Below are positions 27,453 through 41,300 of a DNA stretch of 64,000 nucleotides, one piece after another. The translations under genes and the position numbers were made by a program. The DNA is from Auanema rhodensis (taxonomy: Eukaryota > Animalia > Nematoda): assembly GCA_964057225.1 (NCBI GenBank), contig CAXKVF010000078.1:372001-436000 (forward strand), read 5' to 3'. Each line of letters begins with the position of its first letter. Position 1 is the stretch's first letter. The notes beneath the pieces were generated by a model that made no database searches, was not told where the DNA came from, and was given only the letters and a program-made list of their open reading frames with translations.

Positions 27453-30400
27453 GACATGGGGGATCTAATTTTGAAAACCGCATCTCTTTATCTTTCACGT
27501 GAAGCGAGTTACATACCAAGTGCACATCACGTGTACATTTAATTAGCATAAATTAAAGTTCACGTAAATTTCAATGTCATGGTTACCATGAACCAATATC
27601 AATAAAAATTTGTTTTTAGACTAATATGGACATGGGGAATCTAATTTTGAAAACCGCATCTCTTTATCTTTCACGTGAAGCGAGTTACATACCAAGTGCA
27701 CATCACGTGTACATTTAATTAGCATAAATTAAAGTTCACGTAAATTTCAAAGTCATGGTTACCATGCACCAATGTCAATAAAAATTTGTTTTTAGACTAA
27801 TATGGACATGGGGAATCTAATTTTGAAAACCGCATCTCTTCATCTTTCACGTGAAGCGAGTTACATACCAAGTGCACATCACGTGTACATTTAATTAGCA
27901 TAAATTAAAGTTCACGTAAATTTCAAAGTCATGGTTACCATGAAGCAATATCAATAAAAATTTGTTTTTAGACTAATATGGACATGGGGAATCTAATTTT
28001 GAAAACCGCATCTCTTTATCTTTCACGTGAAGCGAGTTACATACCAAGTGCACATCACGTGTACATTTAATTAGCATAAATTAAAGTTCACGTAAATTTC
28101 AAAGTCATGGTTACCATGCACCAATATCAATAAAAATTTGTTTTTAGACTAATATGGACATGGGGGATCTAATTTTGAAAACCGCATCTCTTTATCTTTC
28201 ACGTGAAGCGAGTTACATACCAAGTGCACATCACGTGTACATTTAATTAGCATAAATTAAAGTTCACGTAAATTTCAAAGTCATGGTTACCATGCACCAA
28301 TATCAATAAAAATTTGTTTTTAGACTAATATGGACATGGGGGATCTAATTTTGAAAACCGCATCTCTTTATCTTTCACGTGAAGCGAGTTACATACCAAG
28401 TGCACATCACGTGTACATTTAATTAGCATAAATTAAAGTTCACGTAAATTTCAATGTCATGGTTACCATGAACCAATATCAATAAAAATTTGTTTTTAGA
28501 CTAATATGGACATGGGGAATCTAATTTTGAAAACCGCATCTCTTTATCTTTCACGTGAAGCGAGTTACATACCAAGTGCACATCACGTGTACATTTAATT
28601 AGCATAAATTAAAGTTCACGTAAATTTCAAAGTCATGGTTACCATGCACCAATATCAATAAAAATTTGTTTTTAGACTAATATGGACATGGGGAATCTAA
28701 TTTTGAAAACCGCATCTCTTCATCTTTCACGTGAAGCGAGTTACATACCAAGTGCACATCACGTGTACATTTAATTAGCATAAATTAAAGTTCACGTAAA
28801 TTTCAAAGTCATGGTTACCATGCACCAATATCAATAAAAATTTGTTTTTAGACTAATATGGACATGGGGAATCTAATTTTGAAAACCGCATCTCTTTATC
28901 TTTCACGTGAAGCGAGTTACATACCAAGTGCACATCACGTGTACATTTAATTAGCATAAATTAAAGTTCACGTAAATTTCAAAGTCATGGTTACCATGAA
29001 CCAATATCAATAAAAATTTGTTTTTAGACTAATATGGACATGGGGAATCTAATTTTGAAAACCGCATCTCTTTATCTTTCACGTGAAGCGAGTTACATAC
29101 CAAGTGCACATCACGTGTACATTTAATTAGCATAAATTAAAGTTCACGTAAATTTCAAAGTCATGGTTACCATGCACCAATATCAATAAAAATTTGTTTT
29201 TAGACTAATATGGACATGGGGGATCTAATTTTGAAAACCGCATCTCTTTATCTTTCACGTGAAGCGAGTTACATACCAAGTGCACATCACGTGTACATTT
29301 AATTAGCATAAATTAAAGTTCACGTAAATTTCAATGTCATGGTTACCATGAACCAATATCAATAAAAATTTGTTTTTAGACTAATATGGACATGGGGAAT
29401 CTAATTTTGAAAACCGCATCTCTTTATCTTTCACGTGAAGCGAGTTACATACCAAGTGCACATCACGTGTACATTTAATTAGCATAAATTAAAGTTCACG
29501 TAAATTTCAAAGTCATGGTTACCATGCACCAATGTCAATAAAAATTTGTTTTTAGACTAATATGGACATGGGGAATCTAATTTTGAAAACCGCATCTCTT
29601 CATCTTTCACGTGAAGCGAGTTACATACCAAGTGCACATCACGTGTACATTTAATTAGCATAAATTAAAGTTCACGTAAATTTCAAAGTCATGGTTACCA
29701 TGAAGCAATATCAATAAAAATTTGTTTTTAGACTAATATGGACATGGGGAATCTAATTTTGAAAACCGCATCTCTTTATCTTTCACGTGAAGCGAGTTAC
29801 ATACCAAGTGCACATCACGTGTACATTTAATTAGCATAAATTAAAGTTCACGTAAATTTCAAAGTCATGGTTACCATGCACCAATATCAATAAAAATTTG
29901 TTTTTAGACTAATATGGACATGGGGGATCTAATTTTGAAAACCGCATCTCTTTATCTTTCACGTGAAGCGAGTTACATACCAAGTGCACATCACGTGTAC
30001 ATTTAATTAGCATAAATTAAAGTTCACGTAAATTTCAAAGTCATGGTTACCATGCACCAATATCAATAAAAATTTGTTTTTAGACTAATATGGACATGGG
30101 GGATCTAATTTTGAAAACCGCATCTCTTTATCTTTCACGTGAAGCGAGTTACATACCAAGTGCACATCACGTGTACATTTAATTAGCATAAATTAAAGTT
30201 CACGTAAATTTCAATGTCATGGTTACCATGAACCAATATCAATAAAAATTTGTTTTTAGACTAATATGGACATGGGGAATCTAATTTTGAAAACCGCATC
30301 TCTTTATCTTTCACGTGAAGCGAGTTACATACCAAGTGCACATCACGTGTACATTTAATTAGCATAAATTAAAGTTCACGTAAATTTCAAAGTCATGGTT

Positions 30401-33400
30401 ACCATGCACCAATATCAATAAAAATTTGTTTTTAGACTAATATGGACATGGGGAATCTAATTTTGAAAACCGCATCTCTTCATCTTTCACGTGAAGCGAG
30501 TTACATACCAAGTGCACATCACGTGTACATTTAATTAGCATAAATTAAAGTTCACGTAAATTTCAAAGTCATGGTTACCATGCACCAATATCAATAAAAA
30601 TTTGTTTTTAGACTAATATGGACATGGGGAATCTAATTTTGAAAACCGCATCTCTTTATCTTTCACGTGAAGCGAGTTACATACCAAGTGCACATCACGT
30701 GTACATTTAATTAGCATAAATTAAAGTTCACGTAAATTTCAAAGTCATGGTTACCATGAACCAATATCAATAAAAATTTGTTTTTAGACTAATATGGACA
30801 TGGGGAATCTAATTTTGAAAACCGCATCTCTTTATCTTTCACGTGAAGCGAGTTACATACCAAGTGCACATCACGTGTACATTTAATTAGCATAAATTAA
30901 AGTTCACGTAACTTTCAAAGTCATGGTTACCATGCACCAATATCAATAAAAATTTGTTTTTAGACTAATATGGACATGGGGAATCTAATTTTGAAAACCG
31001 CATCTCTTTATCTTTCACGTGAAGCGAGTTACATACCAAGTGCACATCACGTGTACATTTAATTAGCATAAATTAAAGTTCACGTAAATTTCAAAGTCAT
31101 GGTTACCATGAACCAATATCAATAAAAATTTGTTTTTAGACTAATATGGACATGGGGAATCTAATTTTGAAAACCGCATCTCTTTATCTTTCACGTGAAG
31201 CGAGTTACATACCAAGTGCACATCACGTGTACATTTAATTAGCATAAATTAAAGTTCACGTAAATTTCAAAGTCATGGTTACCATGCACCAATGTCAATA
31301 AAAATTTGTTTTTAGACTAATATGGACATGGGGAATCTAATTTTGAAAACCGCATCTCTTCATCTTTCACGTGAAGCGAGTTACATACCAAGTGCACATC
31401 ACGTGTACATTTAATTAGCATAAATTAAAGTTCACGTAAATTTCAAAGTCATGGTTACCATGAAGCAATATCAATAAAAATTTGTTTTTAGACTAATATG
31501 GACATGGGGAATCTAATTTTGAAAACCGCATCTCTTTATCTTTCACGTGAAGCGAGTTACATACCAAGTGCACATCACGTGTACATTTAATTAGCATAAA
31601 TTAAAGTTCACGTAAATTTCAAAGTCATGGTTACCATGCACCAATATCAATAAAAATTTGTTTTTAGACTAATATGGACATGGGGGATCTAATTTTGAAA
31701 ACCGCATCTCTTTATCTTTCACGTGAAGCGAGTTACATACCAAGTGCACATCACGTGTACATTTAATTAGCATAAATTAAAGTTCACGTAAATTTCAAAG
31801 TCATGGTTACCATGCACCAATATCAATAAAAATTTGTTTTTAGACTAATATGGACATGGGGGATCTAATTTTGAAAACCGCATCTCTTTATCTTTCACGT
31901 GAAGCGAGTTACATACCAAGTGCACATCACGTGTACATTTAATTAGCATAAATTAAAGTTCACGTAAATTTCAATGTCATGGTTACCATGAACCAATATC
32001 AATAAAAATTTGTTTTTAGACTAATATGGACATGGGGAATCTAATTTTGAAAACCGCATCTCTTTATCTTTCACGTGAAGCGAGTTACATACCAAGTGCA
32101 CATCACGTGTACATTTAATTAGCATAAATTAAAGTTCACGTAAATTTCAAAGTCATGGTTACCATGCACCAATGTCAATAAAAATTTGTTTTTAGACTAA
32201 TATGGACATGGGGAATCTAATTTTGAAAACCGCATCTCTTCATCTTTCACGTGAAGCGAGTTACATACCAAGTGCACATCACGTGTACATTTAATTAGCA
32301 TAAATTAAAGTTCACGTAAATTTCAAAGTCATGGTTACCATGAAGCAATATCAATAAAAATTTGTTTTTAGACTAATATGGACATGGGGAATCTAATTTT
32401 GAAAACCGCATCTCTTTATCTTTCACGTGAAGCGAGTTACATACCAAGTGCACATCACGTGTACATTTAATTAGCATAAATTAAAGTTCACGTAAATTTC
32501 AAAGTCATGGTTACCATGCACCAATATCAATAAAAATTTGTTTTTAGACTAATATGGACATGGGGGATCTAATTTTGAAAACCGCATCTCTTTATCTTTC
32601 ACGTGAAGCGAGTTACATACCAAGTGCACATCACGTGTACATTTAATTAGCATAAATTAAAGTTCACGTAAATTTCAAAGTCATGGTTACCATGCACCAA
32701 TATCAATAAAAATTTGTTTTTAGACTAATATGGACATGGGGGATCTAATTTTGAAAACCGCATCTCTTTATCTTTCACGTGAAGCGAGTTACATACCAAG
32801 TGCACATCACGTGTACATTTAATTAGCATAAATTAAAGTTCACGTAAATTTCAATGTCATGGTTACCATGAACCAATATCAATAAAAATTTGTTTTTAGA
32901 CTAATATGGACATGGGGAATCTAATTTTGAAAACCGCATCTCTTTATCTTTCACGTGAAGCGAGTTACATACCAAGTGCACATCACGTGTACATTTAATT
33001 AGCATAAATTAAAGTTCACGTAAATTTCAAAGTCATGGTTACCATGCACCAATATCAATAAAAATTTGTTTTTAGACTAATATGGACATGGGGAATCTAA
33101 TTTTGAAAACCGCATCTCTTCATCTTTCACGTGAAGCGAGTTACATACCAAGTGCACATCACGTGTACATTTAATTAGCATAAATTAAAGTTCACGTAAA
33201 TTTCAAAGTCATGGTTACCATGCACCAATATCAATAAAAATTTGTTTTTAGACTAATATGGACATGGGGAATCTAATTTTGAAAACCGCATCTCTTTATC
33301 TTTCACGTGAAGCGAGTTACATACCAAGTGCACATCACGTGTACATTTAATTAGCATAAATTAAAGTTCACGTAAATTTCAAAGTCATGGTTACCATGAA

Positions 33401-35548
33401 CCAATATCAATAAAAATTTGTTTTTAGACTAATATGGACATGGGGAATCTAATTTTGAAAACCGCATCTCTTTATCTTTCACGTGAAGCGAGTTACATAC
33501 CAAGTGCACATCACGTGTACATTTAATTAGCATAAATTAAAGTTCACGTAAATTTCAAAGTCATGGTTACCATGCACCAATATCAATAAAAATTTGTTTT
33601 TAGACTAATATGGACATGTGGGATCTAATTTTGAAAACCGCATCTCTTTATCTTTCACGTGAAGCGAGTTACATACCAAGTGCACATCACGTGTACATTT
33701 AATTAGCATAAATTAAAGTTCACGTAAATTTCAATGTCATGGTTACCATGAACCAATATCAATAAAAATTTGTTTTTAGACTAATATGGACATGGGGAAT
33801 CTAATTTTGAAAACCGCATCTCTTTATCTTTCACGTGAAGCGAGTTACATACCAAGTGCACATCACGTGTACATTTAATTAGCATAAATTAAAGTTCACG
33901 TAAATTTCAAAGTCATGGTTACCATGCACCAATGTCAATAAAAATTTGTTTTTAGACTAATATGGACATGGGGAATCTAATTTTGAAAACCGCATCTCTT
34001 CATCTTTCACGTGAAGCGAGTTACATACCAAGTGCACATCACGTGTACATTTAATTAGCATAAATTAAAGTTCACGTAAATTTCAAAGTCATGGTTACCA
34101 TGAAGCAATATCAATAAAAATTTGTTTTTAGACTAATATGGACATGGGGAATCTAATTTTGAAAACCGCATCTCTTTATCTTTCACGTGAAGCGAGTTAC
34201 ATACCAAGTGCACATCACGTGTACATTTAATTAGCATAAATTAAAGTTCACGTAAATTTCAAAGTCATGGTTACCATGCACCAATATCAATAAAAATTTG
34301 TTTTTAGACTAATATGGACATGGGGGATCTAATTTTGAAAACCGCATCTCTTTATCTTTCACGTGAAGCGAGTTACATACCAAGTGCACATCACGTGTAC
34401 ATTTAATTAGCATAAATTAAAGTTCACGTAAATTTCAAAGTCATGGTTACCATGCACCAATATCAATAAAAATTTGTTTTTAGACTAATATGGACATGGG
34501 GGATCTAATTTTGAAAACCGCATCTCTTTATCTTTCACGTGAAGCGAGTTACATACCAAGTGCACATCACGTGTACATTTAATTAGCATAAATTAAAGTT
34601 CACGTAAATTTCAATGTCATGGTTACCATGAACCAATATCAATAAAAATTTGTTTTTAGACTAATATGGACATGGGGAATCTAATTTTGAAAACCGCATC
34701 TCTTTATCTTTCACGTGAAGCGAGTTACATACCAAGTGCACATCACGTGTACATTTAATTAGCATAAATTAAAGTTCACGTAAATTTCAAAGTCATGGTT
34801 ACCATGCACCAATATCAATAAAAATTTGTTTTTAGACTAATATGGACATGGGGAATCTAATTTTGAAAACCGCATCTCTTCATCTTTCACGTGAAGCGAG
34901 TTACATACCAAGTGCACATCACGTGTACATTTAATTAGCATAAATTAAAGTTCACGTAAATTTCAAAGTCATGGTTACCATGCACCAATATCAATAAAAA
35001 TTTGTTTTTAGACTAATATGGACATGGGGAATCTAATTTTGAAAACCGCATCTCTTTATCTTTCACGTGAAGCGAGTTACATACCAAGTGCACATCACGT
35101 GTACATTTAATTAGCATAAATTAAAGTTCACGTAAATTTCAAAGTCATGGTTACCATGAACCAATATCAATAAAAATTTGTTTTTAGACTAATATGGACA
35201 TGGGGAATCTAATTTTGAAAACCGCATCTCTTTATCTTTCACGTGAAGCGAGTTACATACCAAGTGCACATCACGTGTACATTTAATTAGCATAAATTAA
35301 AGTTCACGTAACTTTCAAAGTCATGGTTACCATGCACCAATATCAATAAAAATTTGTTTTTAGACTAATATGGACATGGGGAATCTAATTTTGAAAACCG
35401 CATCTCTTTATCTTTCACGTGAAGCGAGTTACATACCAAGTGCACATCACGTGTACATTTAATTAGCATAAATTAAAGTTCACGTAAATTTCAAAGTCAT
35501 GGTTACCATGAACCAATATCAATAAAAATTTGTTTTTAGACTAATATG
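27453..35548. repeat. Nested 5-mer (880 bp) / 10-mer (1760 bp) / 25-mer (4400 bp) HOR domain
   Basis: Monomers with GGGAT+TCAATGTC+GAACC start at 27453, 28333, 29213, 30093, 31853, 32733, 33613 and 34493. Two 5-mer subtypes alternate. TAACTTT monomers at 30797 and 35197 are 4400 apart. Confidence 0.92.
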
Positions 35549-35900
35549 GACATGGGGAATCTAATTTTGAAAACCGCATCTCTTTATCTTTCACATGAAG
35601 CGAGTTACATACCAAGTGCACATCACGTGTACATTTAATTAGCATAAATTAAAGTTCACGTAAATTTCAAAGTCATGGTTACCATGCACCAATATCAATA
35701 AAAATTTGTTTTTAGACTAATATGGACATGGGGAATCTAATTTTGAAAACCGCATCTCTTTATCTTTCACGTGAAGCGAGTTACATACCAAGTGCACATC
35801 ACGTGTACATTTAATTAGCATAAATTAAAGTTCACGTAAATTTCAAAGTCATGGTTACCATGCACCAATATCAATAAAAATTTGTTTTTAGACTAATATG

Positions 35901-38363
35901 GACATGGGGAATCTAATTTTGAAAACCGCATCTCTTTATCTTTCACGTGAAGCGAGTTACATACCAAGTGCACATCACGTGTACATTTAATTAGCATAAA
36001 TTAAAGTTCACGTAAATTTCAAAGTCATGGTTACCATGAACCAATATCAATAAAAATTTGTTTTTAGACTAATATGGACATGGGGAATCTAATTTTGAAA
36101 ACCGCATCTCTTTATCTTTCACGTGAAGCGAGTTACATACCAAGTGCACATCACGTGTACATTTAATTAGCATAAATTAAAGTTCACGTAAATTTCAAAG
36201 TCATGGTTACCATGAACCAATATCAATAAAAATTTGTTTTTAGACTAATATGGACATGGGGAATCTAATTTTGAAAACCGCATCTCTTTATCTTTCACGT
36301 GAAGCGAGTTACATACCAAGTGCACATCACGTGTACATTTAATTAGCATAAATTAAAGTTCACGTAAATTTCAAAGTCATGGTTACCATGAAGCAATATC
36401 AATAAAAATTTGTTTTTAGACTAATATGGACATGGGGAATCTAATTTTGAAAACCGCATCTCTTTATCTTTCACGTGAAGCGAGTTACATACCAAGTGCA
36501 CATCACGTGTACATTTAATTAGCATAAATTAAAGTTCACGTAAATTTCAAAGTCATGGTTACCATGAAGCAATATCAATAAAAATTTCTTTTAGACTAAT
36601 ATGGACATGGGGAATCTAATTTTGAAAACCGCATCTCTTTATCTTTCACGTGAAGCGAGTTACATACCAAGTGCACATCACGTGTACATTTAATTAGCAT
36701 AAATTAAAGTTCACGTAAATTTCAAAGTCATGGTTACCATGAACCAATATCAATAAAAATTTGTTTTTAGACTAATATGGACATGGGAAATCTAATTTTG
36801 AAAACCGCATCTCTTTATCTTTCACGTGAAGCGAGTTACATACCAAGTGCACATCACGTGTACATTTAATTAGCATAAATTAAAGTTCACGTAAATTTCA
36901 AAGTCATGGTTACCATGAAGCAATATCAATAAAAATTTGTTTTTAGACTAATATGGACATGGGGAATCTAATTTTGAAAACCGCATCTCTTTATCTTTCA
37001 CGTGAAGCGAGTTACATACCAAGTGCACATCACGTGTACATTTAATTAGCATAAATTAAAGTTCACGTAAATTTCAAAGTCATGGTTACCATGCACCAAT
37101 ATCAATAAAAATTTGTTTTTAGACTAATATGGACATGGGGGATCTAATTTTGAAAACCGCATCTCTTTATCTTTCACGTGAAGCGAGTTACATACCAAGT
37201 GCACATCACGTGTACATTTAATTAGCATAAATTAAAGTTCACGTAAATTTCAAAGTCATGGTTACCATGCACCAATATCAATAAAAATTTGTTTTTAGAC
37301 TAATATGGACATGGGGGATCTAATTTTGAAAACCGCATCTCTTTATCTTTCACGTGAAGCGATTTACATACCAAGTGCACATCACGTGTACATTTAATTA
37401 GCATAAATTAAAGTTCACGTAAATTTCAATGTCATGGTTACCATGAACCAATATCAATAAAAATTTGTTTTTAGACTAATATGGACATGGGGAATCTAAT
37501 TTTGAAAACCGCATCTCTTTATCTTTCACGTGAAGCGAGTTACATACCAAGTGCACATCACGTGTACATTTAATTAGCATAAATTAAAGTTCACGTAAAT
37601 TTCAAAGTCATGGTTACCATGCACCAATATCAATAAAAATTTGTTTTTAGACTAATATGGACATGGGGAATCTAATTTTGAAAACCGCATCTCTTCATCT
37701 TTCACGTGAAGCGAGTTACATACCAAGTGCACATCACGTGTACATTTAATTAGCATAAATTAAAGTTCACGTAAATTTCAAAGTCATGGTTACCATGCAC
37801 CAATATCAATAAAAATTTGTTTTTAGACTAATATGGACATGGGGAATCTAATTTTGAAAACCGCATCTCTTTATCTTTCACGTGAAGCGAGTTACATACC
37901 AAGTGCACATCACGTGTACATTTAATTAGCATAAATTAAAGTTCACGTAAATTTCAAAGTCATGGTTACCATGAACCAATATCAATAAAAATTTGTTTTT
38001 AGACTAATATGGACATGGGGAATCTAATTTTGAAAACCGCATCTCTTTATCTTTCACGTGAAGCGAGTTACATACCAAGTGCACATCACGTGTACATTTA
38101 ATTAGCATAAATTAAAGTTCACGTAACTTTCAAAGTCATGGTTACCATGCACCAATATCAATAAAAATTTGTTTTTAGACTAATATGGACATGGGGAATC
38201 TAATTTTGAAAACCGCATCTCTTTATCTTTCACGTGAAGCGAGTTACATACCAAGTGCACATCACGTGTACATTTAATTAGCATAAATTAAAGTTCACGT
38301 AAATTTCAAAGTCATGGTTACCATGAACCAATATCAATAAAAATTTGTTTTTAGACTAATATG
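35901..38363. repeat. Second copy of the block beginning at 25694 (offset 10207 bp), without the 5-mer expansion
   Basis: The private variant ATTTCTTTTAG (substitution plus 1-bp deletion) is at 26381 and 36588. Each is followed two monomers later by GGGAAA+GAAGC. Confidence 0.88.
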
Positions 38364-41300
38364 GACATGGGGAATCTAATTTTGAAAACCGCATCTCTTT
38401 ATCTTTCACGTGAAGCGAGTTACATACCAAGTGCACATCACGTGTACATTTAATTAGCATAAATTAAAGTTCACGTAAATTTCAAAGTCATGGTTACCAT
38501 GCACCAATATCAATAAAAATTTGTTTTTAAACTAATATGGACATGGGGAATCTAATTTTGAAAACCGCATCTCTTTATCTTTCACGTGAAGCGAGTTACA
38601 TACCAAGTGCACATCACGTGTACATTTAATTAGCATAAATTAAAGTTCACGTAAATTTCAAAGTCATAGTTACCATGCACCAATATCAATAAAGATTTGT
38701 TTTTAGACTAATATGGACATGGGGAATCTAATTTTGAAAACCGCATCTCTTTATCTTTCACGTGAAGCGAGTTACATACCAACTGCACATCACGTGTACA
38801 TTTAATTAGCATAAATTAAAGTTCACGTAAATTTCAAAGTCATGGTTACCATGAACCAATATCAATAAAAATTTGTTTTTAGACTAATATGGACATGGGG
38901 AATCTAATTTTGAAAACCGCATCTCTTTATCTTTCACGTGAAGCGAGTTACATACCAAGTGCACATCACGTGTACATTTAATTAGCATAAATTAAAGTTC
39001 ACGTAAATTTCAAAGTCATGGTTACCATGAACCAATATCAATAAAAATTTGTTTTTAGACTAATATGGACATGGGGAATCTAATTTTGAAAACCGCATCT
39101 CGTTATCTTTCACGTGAAGCGAGTTACATACCAAGTGCACATCACGTGTACATTTAATTAGCATAAATTAAAGTTCACGTAAATTTCAAAGTCATGGTTA
39201 CCATGCACCAATATCAATAAAAATTTGTTTTTAGACTAATATGGACATGGGGAATCTAATTTTGAAAACCGCATCTCTTCATCTTTCACGTGAAGCGAGT
39301 TACATACCAAGTGCACATCACGTGTACATTTAATTAGCATAAATTAAAGTTCACGTAAATTTCAAAGTCATGGTTACCATGCACCAATATCAATAAAAAT
39401 TTGTTTTTAGACTAATATGGACATGGGGAATCTAATTTTGAAAACCGCATCTCTTTATCTTTCACGTGAAGCGAGTTACATACCAAGTGCACATCACGTG
39501 TACATTTAATTAGCATAAATTAAAGTTCACGTAAATTTCAAAGTCATGGTTACCATGAACCAATATCAATAAGAAATTGTTTTTAGACTAATATGGACAT
39601 GGGGAATCTAATTTTGAAAACCGCATCTCTTTATCTTTCACGTGAAGCGAGTTACATACCAAGTGCACATCACGTGTACATTTAATTAGCATAAATTAAA
39701 GTTCACGTAAATTTCAAAGTCATGGTTACCATGAACCAATATCAATAAAAATTTGTTTTTAGACTAATATGGACATGGGGAATCTAATTTTGAAAACCGC
39801 ATCTCTTTATCTTTCACGTGAAGCGAGTTACATACCAAGTGCACATCACGTGTACATTTAATTAGCATAAATTAAAGTTCACGTAAATTTCAAAGTCATG
39901 GTTACCATGCACCAATATCAATAAAAATTTGTTTTTAGACTAATATGGACATGGGGAATCTAATTTTGAAAACCGCATCTCCTTATCTTTCACGTGAAGC
40001 GAGTTACATACCAAGTGCACATCACGTGTACATTTAATTAGCATAAATTAAAGTTCACGTAAATTTCAAAGTCATGGTTACCATGCACCAATATCAATAA
40101 AAATTTGTTTTTAGACTAATATGGACATGGGGAATCTAATTTTGAAAACCGCATCTCTTCATCTTTCACGTGAAGCGAGTTACATACCAAGTGCACATCA
40201 CGTGTACATTTAATTAGCATAAATTAAAGTTCACGTAAATTTCAAAGTCATGGTTACCATGCACCAATATCAATAAAAATTTGTTTTTAGACTAATATGG
40301 ACATGGGGAATCTAATTTTGAAAACCGCATCTCTTTATCTTTCACGTGAAGCGAGTTACATACCAAGTGCACATCACGTGTACATTTAATTAGCATAAAT
40401 TAAAGTTCACGTAAATTTCAAAGTCATGGTTACCATGAACCAATATCAATAAAAATTTGTTTTTAGACTAATATGGACATGGGGAATCTAATTTTGAAAA
40501 CCGCATCTCGTTATCTTTCACGTGAAGCGAGTTACATACCAAGTGCACATCACGTGTACATTTAATTAGCATAAATTAAAGTTCACGTAAATTTCAAAGT
40601 CATGGTTACCATGCACCAATATCAATAAAAATTTGTTTTTAGACTAATATGGACATGGGGAATCTAATTTTGAAAACCGCATCTCTTTATCTTTCACGTG
40701 AAGCGAGTTACATACCAAGTGCACATCACGTGTACATTTAATTAGCATAAATTAAAGTTCACGTAAATTTCAAAGTCATGGTTACCATGCACCAATATCA
40801 ATAAAAATTTGTTTTTAGACTAATATGGACATGGGGAATCTAATTTTGAAAACCGCATCTCTTTATCTTTCACGTGAAGCGAGTTACATACCAAGTGCAC
40901 ATCACGTGTACATTTAATTAGCATAAATTAAAGTTCACGTAAATTTCAAAGTCATGGTTACCATGAACCAATATCAATAAGAAATTGTTTTTAGACTAAT
41001 ATGGACATGGGGAATCTAATTTTGAAAACCGCATCTCTTTATCTTTCACGTGAAGCGAGTTACATACCAAGTGCACATCACGTGTACATTTAATTAGCAT
41101 AAATTAAAGTTCACGTAAATTTCAAAGTCATGGTTACCATGAACCAATATCAATAAAAATTTGTTTTTAGACTAATATGGACATGGGGAATCTAATTTTG
41201 AAAACCGCATCTCTTTATCTTTCACGTGAAGCGAGTTACATACCAAGTGCACATCACGTGTACATTTAATTAGCATAAATTAAAGTTCACGTAAATTTCA

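Noticed and set aside
26925-37320. G-quadruplex potential from GGGG/GGGGG runs
   Set aside because: There is only one G-run per 176 bp, too far apart for an intramolecular G4.
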